Source of the DNA: Craspedostauros australis
Taxonomy: Eukaryota
DNA length: 44,736 nt
Reading direction: 5' to 3'
NCBI GenBank assembly: GCA_030167865.1
Contig: JALAGF010005356.1
Location: 1 to 44,736, forward strand
Position numbers and translations under genes: made by a program. The notes under the pieces are model-generated. The model was not told where the DNA came from. It saw only the letters and a list, made by a program, of their open reading frames with translations, and ran no database searches. Shown in pieces: positions 10,887 to 21,399 of this stretch. How positions within the stretch are numbered: position 1 is the first letter of the stretch; the number at the start of each line of letters is the position of its first letter.

Positions 10887-13595
10887 TCACTCTTCGATAT
10901 CTGCGGCCTTCAAGCTCCATTCTGTGGCGCTCTTCATCTTGCCATCCGCAATGGCACGGTCGGCTGCCTGCTGGTACAGCATGGCCGCTTCGGTCTTGTT
11001 GCCGTGCTCGGCCTTGAGATCTGCCAACTCGGCCTGCAGCTGGTAGACTGGGATCATGCATTTGTCATCGGAGCTTTCACAGCCGAGTGCCTCTTCATCG
11101 GACAAAGGTCCTCCCAAATTGGTCTGCGTGGCGGTGGGCGGGATCAGGGGACGGACCTGGCTAGTGTCCAGCGTTTCAGTGGAACCATCGTCATCGTATT
11201 GAATCGTGATGCGACCATCGTCTGCATGAACGTCGACAATGGTGCCAGGATAAAACGAGCCCTCGAGGGCATAGTTGCCCTCCGCTCTGTCCCCGACAGC
11301 CACGATTTTCGCGTGGCAGCTTTTCTTTTCACGTTCCTGATGCTTCTGCCTCTCCTCGTCTTCCTCCTCCATGGCGTAGATGTGCTTCAGGGTATCCTCC
11401 AGCACCTCCATGAGGACCTTCGGCGAGGCGGCGTGCGTGCCACCCTTCTCCATGGCGATGTGCTGTCCTTCATCCAGCAGGATCTGGTAGAGGAGACAGC
11501 CGGCCGCTGCCTTGGGACCGGCTGGAGGGTACGGCGATTGCATGGCGCGCCGCAGAAACTCCTTGGACGCGTCAAAGTCGATGGGGACGATGTCCCGCAA
11601 CAGATCGGACACGACCGAATCCAATCCGGAATGGATGCGTCCGAATGCCAGGCAGGCCGGGACGTTGTGCAAGGACGCCGCATGCGACAGATGGAAGAGA
11701 ACGGAGAAGCTGTCGTGGGAGGGTTGATCCTCGGCATCGTTCTGATCTTTGCTGCTGGTGTTGCTGTTGCTGCGATCATTCTGGCTGTTAAGATTGTCGT
11801 CATGGTTGTGATTGCCGTCACCTGGAGACGCATCGTCCGCGGACTCTTGGATTGCCGGATGGGCATGTGGCACGATCTCTGGGAATCGTCCCATGCCATG
11901 CAACACGGCCAGCTGATAGTGCACCTTGCCCAAGTTGATTCGCGTTTCGTCGGTGGGAACGATGGGATCAGAGATCCTGCGTATAAGTAGGCTGCGTCGC
12001 CGGCGTGGCTTGCGGTCGGTTTCAGAGGTGTTGCTCGTCGTGGAATCACTGCGAGAAAGGGCAAGATCGTCGATGTGGCCGGGTCTGCCTCTGCCACTGT
12101 GTGTTTGACCGTGCTTGTTGCCAGCGTCGTCGCCGGTACCATCACCGACGTCATCGCCATCGGCATCACTGCTCACGCCGCTGCTGGCGCTTCTGCTGTA
12201 CAGCAACTCTCCCGATTCCTTGCGGTTGTACAGCGTCCTGTCAAACTTGAAGTCCTTCTTGGCACGGTCCAAACAGAGCTTGACTTCATCCACGTCCGAT
12301 GCGGTTCGATGCAGGATCATCTTCTTCCTGGCGGGCACGGGTGATTTGGGGACCGCCTTCTCCATGCAGCGCTTCAACGTGAGCTGCACATCCTCTCGCA
12401 TGGTGACGTTGGAACGCCTCTCCGTCTTGCGATCTTCTTCGGGCCGCAGCGCGTTGAGATCGAACGGCATCTGCAGCGCGCTGCATCGTCGCTGACGATT
12501 CTGATCCAACCTGGCAAAGTTGTTGTTGGTGTCAAGCTCGCTGCTGCCGTCCATGCCATCCGCGAGATCCTTGGCGGAGGATGCGTCCGATAACATGGAG
12601 TACACATCGTCCTCGAACTTGGCCTGGTGCTTGATTTCGTTCTTGGAGAGCGGAAAGACGGGAATGCCCAAGGCGTCCGCCAGCGAGTTGTGCCGGAAGG
12701 TCTTGAAGAAGAGGGCCATGCCGCGGGGTCCGAGATCGCCATCCCCGAATCGGTAGTCCGAGCTGAGCACCTGCGGATCGGTGAAGAGATCGCCGACGCC
12801 CTGGATGTCAGCGACGAGACGGTTGCCGGAGCTGACGTAGAAGGAGTGCGCCGAGAAGACCTGCGGCGTGACGCGGTGCAGATCCTCATCGACGAAGCCG
12901 GCGTTGGTGTTGTGCTTCGTGAAGCCGCAGCCGTAGGAATCGTGACCGGCGATGAAGCGCTCCACCGCGAACCAGGGAGATCCGGGTCTGTCGGGGAATT
13001 CGACCGCGTAGGCCCGGATGAAGACGATCTGTTTGGGCGGTTCCTGGGCGTTGAAGTGCCCCGCCCACTGCGCGGCCTCGTACTGCAGCATGATGTCGTT
13101 CTGCACCGCTGCCTTGGCCTCATCGGAGGTGTCCACCACGCCATCCTTGTGGTAGGCCTTGGCGACGTAGTTGGACGCCCTGGTCCATCCGTAGTTGTGA
13201 AAGCGATGGTTGGTGGCCGACATGGGAGGCGGGGACCTCTTCTTCATGCGGTAGCACCACCGCATGGCCCCGTGCGCGAAGGGCTGCTTCTCCATCTTGA
13301 CGATGGTCTCCTCCGTGTGCCACGTGCGCGTGTGGGGATGGTACAGATGGCGGATGATGCGCTCGGCAGGGATCTTCTCCATGTGGTGCTTGCACCATGG
13401 ATCTCCCTCTGCGACAGCCAGGCTGGCCGCGTGCTTCAGCAGGCCGATCAGCCTCTCTCGTGCCGGCGACGATGACGGCTGCGACGATGGCTGTGGCTTT
13501 GCCGTCCCTGTCTCCTTGGCTCCCACCGACGTCACCACGGGATCTGCTCCGCCTCCTTCCGCCTCCAGCGGCTCAGCCACCACTCGCGACTCCAT
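10887..13595 (-). CDS. EEF2K: Eukaryotic elongation factor 2 kinase-like alpha-kinase (902 aa) with SEL1-like helices and an inserted Tudor-like domain
   Basis: DPW..H.E.I..ER..RH.Y segment. Alpha-kinase motifs PFAHGAMRWCY, YVAKAY, VERFI.G...KHNTNAG, LVADIQGVGDLFTDPQ, FGDGDLG.RGM. SEL1-like LGKVHYQLAVLHGMGRF. C-terminal AAMLYQQAADRAI helix resembles the eEF2K C-terminus. Single uninterrupted ORF. Confidence 0.88.
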   Translation of the reverse strand: MESRVVAEPLEAEGGGADPVVTSVGAKETGTAKPQPSSQPSSSPARERLIGLLKHAASLAVAEGDPWCKHHMEKIPAERIIRHLYHPHTRTWHTEETIVKMEKQPFAHGAMRWCYRMKKRSPPPMSATNHRFHNYGWTRASNYVAKAYHKDGVVDTSDEAKAAVQNDIMLQYEAAQWAGHFNAQEPPKQIVFIRAYAVEFPDRPGSPWFAVERFIAGHDSYGCGFTKHNTNAGFVDEDLHRVTPQVFSAHSFYVSSGNRLVADIQGVGDLFTDPQVLSSDYRFGDGDLGPRGMALFFKTFRHNSLADALGIPVFPLSKNEIKHQAKFEDDVYSMLSDASSAKDLADGMDGSSELDTNNNFARLDQNRQRRCSALQMPFDLNALRPEEDRKTERRSNVTMREDVQLTLKRCMEKAVPKSPVPARKKMILHRTASDVDEVKLCLDRAKKDFKFDRTLYNRKESGELLYSRSASSGVSSDADGDDVGDGTGDDAGNKHGQTHSGRGRPGHIDDLALSRSDSTTSNTSETDRKPRRRRSLLIRRISDPIVPTDETRINLGKVHYQLAVLHGMGRFPEIVPHAHPAIQESADDASPGDGNHNHDDNLNSQNDRSNSNTSSKDQNDAEDQPSHDSFSVLFHLSHAASLHNVPACLAFGRIHSGLDSVVSDLLRDIVPIDFDASKEFLRRAMQSPYPPAGPKAAAGCLLYQILLDEGQHIAMEKGGTHAASPKVLMEVLEDTLKHIYAMEEEDEERQKHQEREKKSCHAKIVAVGDRAEGNYALEGSFYPGTIVDVHADDGRITIQYDDDGSTETLDTSQVRPLIPPTATQTNLGGPLSDEEALGCESSDDKCMIPVYQLQAELADLKAEHGNKTEAAMLYQQAADRAIADGKMKSATEWSLKAADIEE

Positions 13596-13601
13596 CGTGA
13601 A

Positions 13602-13669
13602 GGGTATGCCACGGATACGGGTATGCTACGGATACGGGTATGCTACGGATACGGGTATGCTACGGATAT
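13602..13669. repeat. 4 x 17-bp minisatellite (GGGTATGCTACGGATAC) immediately 5' of the alpha-kinase start codon
   Basis: Units start at 13602, 13619, 13636 and 13653, with single substitutions in units 1 and 4. Confidence 0.9.
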
Positions 13670-14338
13670 GTTGTGGTGTGCTGTGCTTCGACCTCATACG
13701 TTGCGGACAGCGTGCGAATATGTGGAGATCGGCGACGATGTGGAGATGGAGTTGTGATGTGATGCAGGCGCGGCTTCCGCACGAGATCGAACGCAAGGAA
13801 GATCACAACCGCAAGGAAGATGTTGCGTACTTGTGCACAAAAGAGAGGATTCGTGACCAACATCGGCGGAAAAGAACACCGAGGAACCGAACTCACGTTG
13901 CAGAAATAAGAACTCTGTGGGTGCATTCCATTGAGTCGAACAATCAGTCGAATCGGTCGAACTCATCATTCGTGAAGATTCACGAAAACTACCTGAAAGT
14001 GCGAAGGAAGAAGAGAAAGCTACCCTGTGAAGAAACAGGTGCTCCTACGACTATGATGCAACAAATGAGACCTTGGGTTTCGCGAAAACTAAAGGCAGCT
14101 ATGCTGCTACGCGTACTATTAACTTCATGTATACCGAGAGCACTCTCTGTGTACGACAATCATACGTTGAGCGCCACGGCGGCTTGTTACGCGCACTCTT
14201 CGTGAGAATTTGCTTCTGTCGCTTGAGGCAGGTCAAGCGATAGTCAGCGCCACGTCCATTTCTTGGACCGCCTGCACAAGGAGACTCGACGAGGTTCATC
14301 CAGGCCGAGCCTCCTGGGCGGCGATAGTTGCAACGCGC

Positions 14339-15403
14339 TCATGCTGCAGGCGCCGCGGCTTTCGTGCCGCTGAGGGACGTAAGCAGAAACGCAAAGATGA
14401 ATTCCAGCGCCTTGGATGTATGTGATGGCGTGGCACCATCTAGCTCGACGAAGTACGCTAGTGCTTGCTGCAGATGCACCATGGATGCAGGGACGCAGTC
14501 GCCGCCGTGCACCAAGCGAACGAGATGTGCCATGTTGATGTTCACCATGATCACAAAGATGGGGGAGGCGTGGATCTCGTTGGCCTGGCGTTCCCACAGC
14601 GACACCGTGTTTTGGTACAGCATCATGGCTTTCCTCACGAATTTGTCAGCGGCTGCAGGGTGTTTGCTGTTGCTGTCGATTCGATCGCATCTCTGTGCAT
14701 GCTGCACCGCCTTCATGTGATACACAATCGAGAGGTTGAAGATGGTCACGAACGACAGCAGGTGCACAGCATTCGAGATGCTGTATCTGATCAAGTTGGG
14801 GCTTTGGCGCTGCTTATCGGCGACGTCGTTGTGGGGTTGGCTCGTGGATGGTCGACTACCAATGGAGACGCTCAGTAAACTGCTGCAGAAAGCGTCGTCC
14901 GACGGACCCTGCAGTCCAGACTGCTGTTGCTGGCGATGGTGGAGCATATGATCGTTCTGCAGCAGCGCATGTGCTTCATGCTTATCGTCATCAGCCGAGT
15001 GCACTTCTCCGCGACAGTCCTGTGGAGTGGGGTCGAAACTAATCTCAAGATCGACGCACTCATCGAGTGGGTGGTCGGTGATGTGTTGGGAAGGCAAGCG
15101 TGGCAGCGGTCGTTGCTCCTGTTGGTGCTGCGCTTGTTGCCGCCCTTCCTCGTGTTGCTCTTGATGCTGCTGTTGTTGTGACTGCGATGGTGGGTGCGCG
15201 GGTAGATGCGATGCGGACGGCGCCGCCACCATCTTCGGGACCAACGTGCTTCTCGATTGGGATGCAGCGCCCAGCTTCGCTGTCAGCTGTCGCGCAAGCT
15301 TCAGACCATGGATGAGGTGATTCAGAGCATGATCGTAGTCGTTTCGAACGAAGCCGGCCATTGCCTGCTTGTTGTGATGAACGCAGCTCGTGATGATATT
15401 CAT
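14339..15403 (-). CDS. Uncharacterised diatom-type TPR-like helical protein (354 aa), paralog of 30528..31550
   Basis: N-terminal helix HNKQA...DYDHALNHLIHGLKL, Q-rich linker, C-terminal block SFVTIFNLSIVYH..RKAMMLYQ..NINMAHL, ending in AAPAA. Confidence 0.75.
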   Translation of the reverse strand: MNIITSCVHHNKQAMAGFVRNDYDHALNHLIHGLKLARQLTAKLGAASQSRSTLVPKMVAAPSASHLPAHPPSQSQQQQHQEQHEEGRQQAQHQQEQRPLPRLPSQHITDHPLDECVDLEISFDPTPQDCRGEVHSADDDKHEAHALLQNDHMLHHRQQQQSGLQGPSDDAFCSSLLSVSIGSRPSTSQPHNDVADKQRQSPNLIRYSISNAVHLLSFVTIFNLSIVYHMKAVQHAQRCDRIDSNSKHPAAADKFVRKAMMLYQNTVSLWERQANEIHASPIFVIMVNINMAHLVRLVHGGDCVPASMVHLQQALAYFVELDGATPSHTSKALEFIFAFLLTSLSGTKAAAPAA

Positions 15404-16472
15404 GGTTGATACTCGATGGTTGATACTCGATGGTCAATGCCCGATGTGCAGATTTGTGAAGTTGTGGGCGCTCCACGATTGCTCTCACGAGTATGAGCAC
15501 GACTACCAGTAGGAATACAAAGTCCTCTGGCCGTGGCGGAATCGAACCAATTGGTGCTGCAAATGGCCTTGCCTTGCCGACGTGATGGGAGGGGTGTGAA
15601 CTGGGGTCTCTCTCGTTCCTGGTTTGTTTCGAGGGGTCAATAAGTTCGGAATAATGAGACCGAAGATGACGGAAATGGTGACGATGGCAACGACAATCAA
15701 GATTACGTACTGGTGGGCGGTACAGTACTTGTTGTTTCACGGACATGCAAAAGGTCAAGTGCGGTTGTGGTGGCGTAGAAGAACTGCGGGGTGTGATCAA
15801 TGCGCATCTGCCGAGTCGAAAAAATGAGACCGAGACAGAGAGAAAGGGAGCGGTACTTGTGCGGCGATGAGCGCCGCGGAGAGAAGACAAGAACGATCGG
15901 GCAGCCTGGTCTGACTTCTGTTGTTGTTCACGGCCGCAAAACGCGTGGGGAAACAGAATGGAGTAGAGTAGGGTGGAGCAGGTAACACTCATCCAACGTA
16001 ATCCATGAAGAGCTCGGAGAACGATGCATGAGTCAACTGCTCGCGCTCATTTGCACTCGAACCAACGCATGCCGTGCACGGACTCGCCATGGGAACAAAA
16101 AGTTGACACAACCACACACTTGGAACTGACAAGTTGATGTCACAAGATTGCACAAGACGGAAAGTGCACGACCTGAGTGGGCAAGTGGAATATGCGTTCG
16201 TGTTCTGTCGTCGTTCTTCCTCTCGAAACCCGCAGTACTTCACAGGCAGTTGAGTCTCTCATGACGGAGTACCCCCCGAATAGATGAATCCACCATAAAT
16301 AAAAGTGCACGTCATTGCACAAGATCGCGACAAAACAGGTCCAAGAGCGTGCGTATGAGCGTAACATTGCTGTCGTATGATTAGGTAGAGCATTGTGCTC
16401 CACCATAGCGTAGTCCACTGACAAGGACGCCCCTTTGAGCCTCTTATGGCAGCGCGCTTGTCCTTTTGCCAA

Positions 16473-16511
16473 GGGGGGGAAGGGAAAACGGCGTTTTTTG
16501 CGAATTGCGAC
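16473..16511 (+). repeat. Left terminal inverted repeat
   Basis: gggggggaagggaaaacggcgttttttgcgaattgcgac. Confidence 0.92.
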
Positions 16512-16717
16512 GAAGGAAAACGAAAGTCGAAAAGGGATGCGGGCCACCAAATGGCGAAACATTCTTGCGTATTTTCCAAAACAACTTGTGGCATTTTTGC
16601 TCATTATCGTGTTGCGTACGGACTGCATCTTGTTTTTTTTTTGCTTTTTTCATTCTGGTCCACGGATCCTTCGCCTCTCCATGCGATTCCACACATTCGA
16701 CAGCCGCAGAGCCAGCA

Positions 16718-16767
16718 NNNNNNNNNNNNNNNNNNNNNNNNNNNNNNNNNNNNNNNNNNNNNNNNNN
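16718..16767. other. Assembly gap (50 N) flanked by an identical 56-bp sequence
   Basis: 16662-16717 is identical to 16768-16823, typical of an unmerged contig overlap. Confidence 0.9.
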
Positions 16768-16947
16768 ACGGATCCTTCGCCTCTCCATGCGATTCCACAC
16801 ATTCGACAGCCGCAGAGCCAGCATGTTCCCCTCTCTTCGAAGGGGGGTTGCAGATGTTGTTCCAACTCTCTTGCCAGTTGGCTTGTTGCATTCCATCAGC
16901 AGGATTCATCTAGTTACAACAATCAAAAGTTGCACATTCTGACTCCA

Positions 16948-19551
16948 CTATTTATGGTATGCTCGTTTGCCTTGCTGATGTGGTTTACTTGCATCACAGC
17001 GGCTCTGTCGTGCAGCCCTCCCCCGGGCCCTCATCCCAGTAGTAGCAGCCTCTCCTGGTTCTTTCTCTTTGTCATCATGCTGGTGTTGTGGTTGTTGTTC
17101 TTCCATACCTTCTTCTGCTGTTGGTGGTGGTGCTGCTGCAGGCTGCAGTGCTTGTTCCATACTTCCTTCTGCTGTCTCTCCTGTTCTTGCATCATCTTCA
17201 GGGACCGCTGCAGTTGATGCCAGTGTTGCGGTTGGCGATGGCATCCTGATTCTAGATATTTTGGCTCCTGTTGGTGATGCTGGTGATCGTGGTGATGACA
17301 TTGCCTGCGTCTCTGTTCGTGTCTCTGTTTGTGTTCTGTGATGGGCATCAACTGCCTGGGCTGGTAGGATCCATTGAGATGATGGGAGAATGCAGCTTCT
17401 CTGGCTTCTTTTATCCATGTTAGGGCGTTGGTGCATGTACTGGTCTGAACCAGCTCCCACACCTGCCACAACTGTTGCCACTGGACCTTGACAAGCTGAT
17501 CTGCATGCCAACTGGCTAGCAACATCAACCAACGCTGCATCGAGGGAGATCTCCTTGTGCTCCCACCATTTGTTGCCATTTGGGGAGACGTCAACATTGA
17601 CTTCAGGGCCACCTGCCAGGGGCACTTGTTTTGCGAGGTGGGGCTTCCTCATTTCTTGGATTTCTTCATTGACATCTCCAAACAATCTGGATCTCTGTTG
17701 CAAGGTGTCCTCCCGTGCCTGCTTTGCGTGCTTTGCCTCCACCTTGAGAGCCAGCTGAGACTCCATCATCTCAAACATTGCCCTCTGTATTTCAATGCAA
17801 TCTCTCGTTAGTTTGGTACTGTCCATCAAGACTGACATGAAATCTTCAGTGGCAGTCAGGGTTGCTGTCTGATGACTGATTACAGAAACTGTGGGCGTGG
17901 CTTGTTGGCCATGCAGCCATGGCTGCATTGCCGATGGTAGTTGTCCGTTGCTGTTGTGCAGACTGTCCCCTGCCGGCGTGGAGCAGCGACCTCCTAGGTC
18001 GATTGTGGGTTGGGGTGTTGAGGGCGTCATGTTGTTGCCAGCCATGGCAGCTGTGGTGCCGACAGTCGTGTTCCTTGTGCTCGTCATGGTGTTGTTGATG
18101 TTGTGGGTGGCAATGTCCGTGCTTCAGTTAGATGTGTTCGTTGCTTCTGTATTGCGATCCTGATGGCTTCCGTCACCATCTGTAAAGCCCAGACCATGGC
18201 ATACAGAGAAGCGCTGGGTCACACCAACATTGGTTGCTTTCTTCAAACGTACCAATATTGTAAAGATGTTGTGGGTGGCGCCATCATTATCCCTCACAAC
18301 ATGATGAAGCCAGACCACTCCTCCCAATCTTCAGCATGGTGTGTCACAGAAGATGGTGTCAATTGGAAATGGCATCGGTACCAGCATGTCGGATCGAAAC
18401 GACTCTGTGAAGTCTTCATTCCAAAACTGTTGCATATGGGCAGAGCGTTTCTGGCCTGAATCTGAGAATGGATGTCCCAACTTGTCAATGGGCATGTCGA
18501 AAATGCTTCTGTCATGACCGAAAGCGACTGGTGGTTTGCATAGCAACGTCAGGAACATCCAATGTACTCCATCCACTTTCCGACTTTCGATGGTGACCAT
18601 AGCATCATTCCTGGTTGTGCATGAAAGCATATGTAAATCCACCCCAACCATGTAATGCCTTTCACCATGGGGTCTCCACACCTGGGTTGTGTGGAAGACC
18701 TCAATGATTCGACTCTGCTAATGAAACCTTGCAACTCATTGGGACTCTGATACCTAAAAATTGTGGCCAATCTTGCGGGGATAGGGCCATAAGGGGTGGT
18801 TGTAAATCTGCTTGAGCCTGGTTTGTTGGTGGTGCCAGGGTACGCAATGTCATTGTTGGAATCAATGTCATCAATGTTGTCCGATGCTTTGTCATACCTA
18901 TCCCATGCGCTGCTGCTGCTCTCATCTGTGTCATCGGCTCCAATAGGGGGCAATGTCACCTTCATTTGATGCTTCATACATGCTGCCACGTGTCATTCGC
19001 CTGTTGGTGCTGTTCCTGTTGGTGTTGTTCCTGTTGGTTCCGCTCCTGGTGCTGTTGGTGTGGCTGTCGGTGATGTTATAACTGGTTGCAGTGTTGGTAT
19101 TGTGATTGAAGGTTGCCAACTCAGCATCATTGACTGCCGGTTCATCCAAAGGACAGATGGTGGCACTAAGCCTATGGGTTGAGATCTCGTTCTGCGTGCC
19201 ATCCTCTGCATTGGATGATGAAGAGGTGAAGGCCATATGTTGGAGTCATAGGAAAGAGAAAAAATAGATGAGAAGGCACCTGAATACAAGCAGACAAGTT
19301 CATGATGGAGCTTTGATTATGTGGCTGGGCATGCAGTACTTACGGTGAAACAAACCCTTCTTCACCAATGTCTGTTTGAACTTGCGTAGGGTCCGAACGA
19401 ACTTCTTTGCATCGTACTTGAGTAAGAACGGATGCTGCAGACGCAAAGGCACTGATTCTCAGTGCCATTTTGTGGGATCAGCCAAAAATGCCTTCATGAG
19501 TTCAGTGGCATCAGGCCCATTCTTGTAACAATGGTCATTGAAGCCCACCAT
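16948..19551 (-). pseudogene. Decayed accessory gene (ORF2) of the transposon, originally roughly 800 aa
   Basis: ORFs 18331..18681, 18124..18327 and 16948..18087 are one reading frame interrupted only by TGA codons at 18333-18331 and 18126-18124. 5' exon MVGFNDH..KWH*ESVPLRLQHPFLLKYDAKKFVRTLRKFK has a TGA at 19461-19459 and a GTAAGT donor at 19343. Apparent frameshifts near 18950 and 18700. Confidence 0.65.
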
Positions 19552-19594
19552 TGTGGAGTGTCTGCAATGTTGTGTTGTTGAATTGTTGGTTCTA

Positions 19595-19712
19595 TGTGTT
19601 GATGTGTTGATGCGTGGACGCGTGGATGTGCCAATGTGCACAAGTGTTGTTGCACCAATGTGCTGATGTACCAATGTGCAAATGTGTTGATGGGTTGATG
19701 TGTGGATGTGCG
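19595..19712. repeat. Degenerate ~8-bp tandem repeat (gtgttgat/gtgccaat-like) upstream of ORF2
   Basis: tgtgttgatgtgttgatgcgtggacgcgtggatgtgccaatgtgc...tgtgctgatgtaccaatgtgcaaatgtgttgatgggttgatgtgtggatg. Confidence 0.6.
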
Positions 19713-19983
19713 TGTGAGTGTTGCATTTTTTATTGCATGGCAACCTTGATTTGTTTTGGGCGGAACATGTGGACATTTGGGTTGATGATGCGGATATTGC
19801 TGTCATTTTCGAACACTTCTCCCTCTGTAGGCGTCATGGTCCATACAGGTACGCTGGTGCGGGGTGTTTGGTTTCTCCCATTCTTACCTCATGCAAAAAC
19901 AAACCAGCACGGTCTTGAGTTCTGCCACAATGCCAATACCTTCCCATGTGGCTATGTGGACCAATAGAAGCTGGCCCCAATGC

Positions 19984-20812
19984 ATCGCAACTTCGCACTC
20001 CAAACCATTGGTGGTGAATGACTTGGAATGTTGCCAACAGGCCATGAAGTATCGGACAATCTATTGGAGTGGTCGAATACAACAGGGTGAGTCAAGAACG
20101 AGCAAATTGCAATGTCGCATCCTGCAGCATTGGGTGTGAATGGCACGGAATGTCGCAAACAGACCATGTAGTATCGGACAATCTATTGGAGTGGTCGAAT
20201 ACAACAGGGTGAGTCAAGAACGAGCAAATCGCAATGTCGCATCCTACAGCATTGGGTGTGAATGGCACGGAATGTCACAAACAGACCATGTATTATTGGA
20301 AAATCTATTGGAGTGGTCGAATACAACCTGTGGAGTTGAGAACGAGCAAATTGCAATGTCGCATCCTGCAGCATTGGGCATGAATGACATGGAACGTCGC
20401 GAACAGACCATGCAGTATCGGACAATTAGCTGGTATGGCCGAATACAACCTGTGGAGTCGAGAACGAGCAAATTGCAATGTCGCATCCTGCAACATTGGG
20501 TGTGAATGACATGGAATGTCGCGAACAGACCATGTAGTATCGGACAATTAGCTGGTACGGCCGAATACAACCTGTGGAGTCGAGAACGAGCAAAGCACAA
20601 CTTCGCATTCCAGAGCAGTGTTCGCCGGTGACTTGGAATGTTGCGAACAGACCATGCAGTATCGGACAATTTGCCAGTACAGTCGAATACCACTTGGTGA
20701 GTCGAAACCGAGCGAATCGCAATGTCACATTCCTCAGCAGTGTTCGCCAGTGACTTGGAATGTCGTAAAAAGACCTGGCGGGATCGGACAGTCCGTTCGT
20801 GTTGTCGAACAC
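19984..20812. repeat. Tandem array A: exact 122-bp period, ~6.8 copies
   Basis: The ccatg of the (a/g)ccatg.agtatcggacaat anchor recurs at 20042, 20164, 20286, 20408, 20530 and 20652, and degenerately at 20774; every interval is 122. Confidence 0.93.
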
Positions 20813-21399
20813 GCCCTAGTTGGAATGGTCGCAACCATGTCGCACTACATCACACACTAAATAGCGTCACCGAGACCCCAAAAGGCGACATTTTGGTACA
20901 AAATGGCACTTTCAATGACGTTGATAGCGCTGATATTGTCACAAGCAGCACAACAAGCGACAAGAATGGGTCTAAGTAATGCTGTTTTTTTGTCAAGATG
21001 AACAAAAAGTCATGAATTAGTCTCAAAATCACATCAATCGGTGTAGAAAGGGGCTAACAAATGCCTGAATGTTGTTGCTTGAACCGCTCATTCTGAAACT
21101 GCTTATTCGGAACTGCAACAACCACAATGACATCCGTGGCAGATCGCGCCTTGGGGCGCAAACGGTTCAAAACTGCAGCGTCCGTACAAACCGACCAACA
21201 TGTTCGGCGAATGCGCCAAAGGCGACGCCGTGGAAACACTGTTTCCGTCCGGCCAACGCAGAAAAAAAGGCATAAATGAGAACATGTTCCACGATTCGAG
21301 GGCGAGATGGAAAAAACGGTGCAAATGTCCGAGTGAAACAGTCACAGCCGAAATTTGCACACGACGAATAAATGTGACAAAGCGCTCCCGGTCTTCGTC

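Noticed and set aside
16662..16823. 56-bp direct repeat near the left TIR as a biological repeat
   Set aside because: The copies are identical and abut a 50-N gap on both sides; most likely an unmerged contig overlap.
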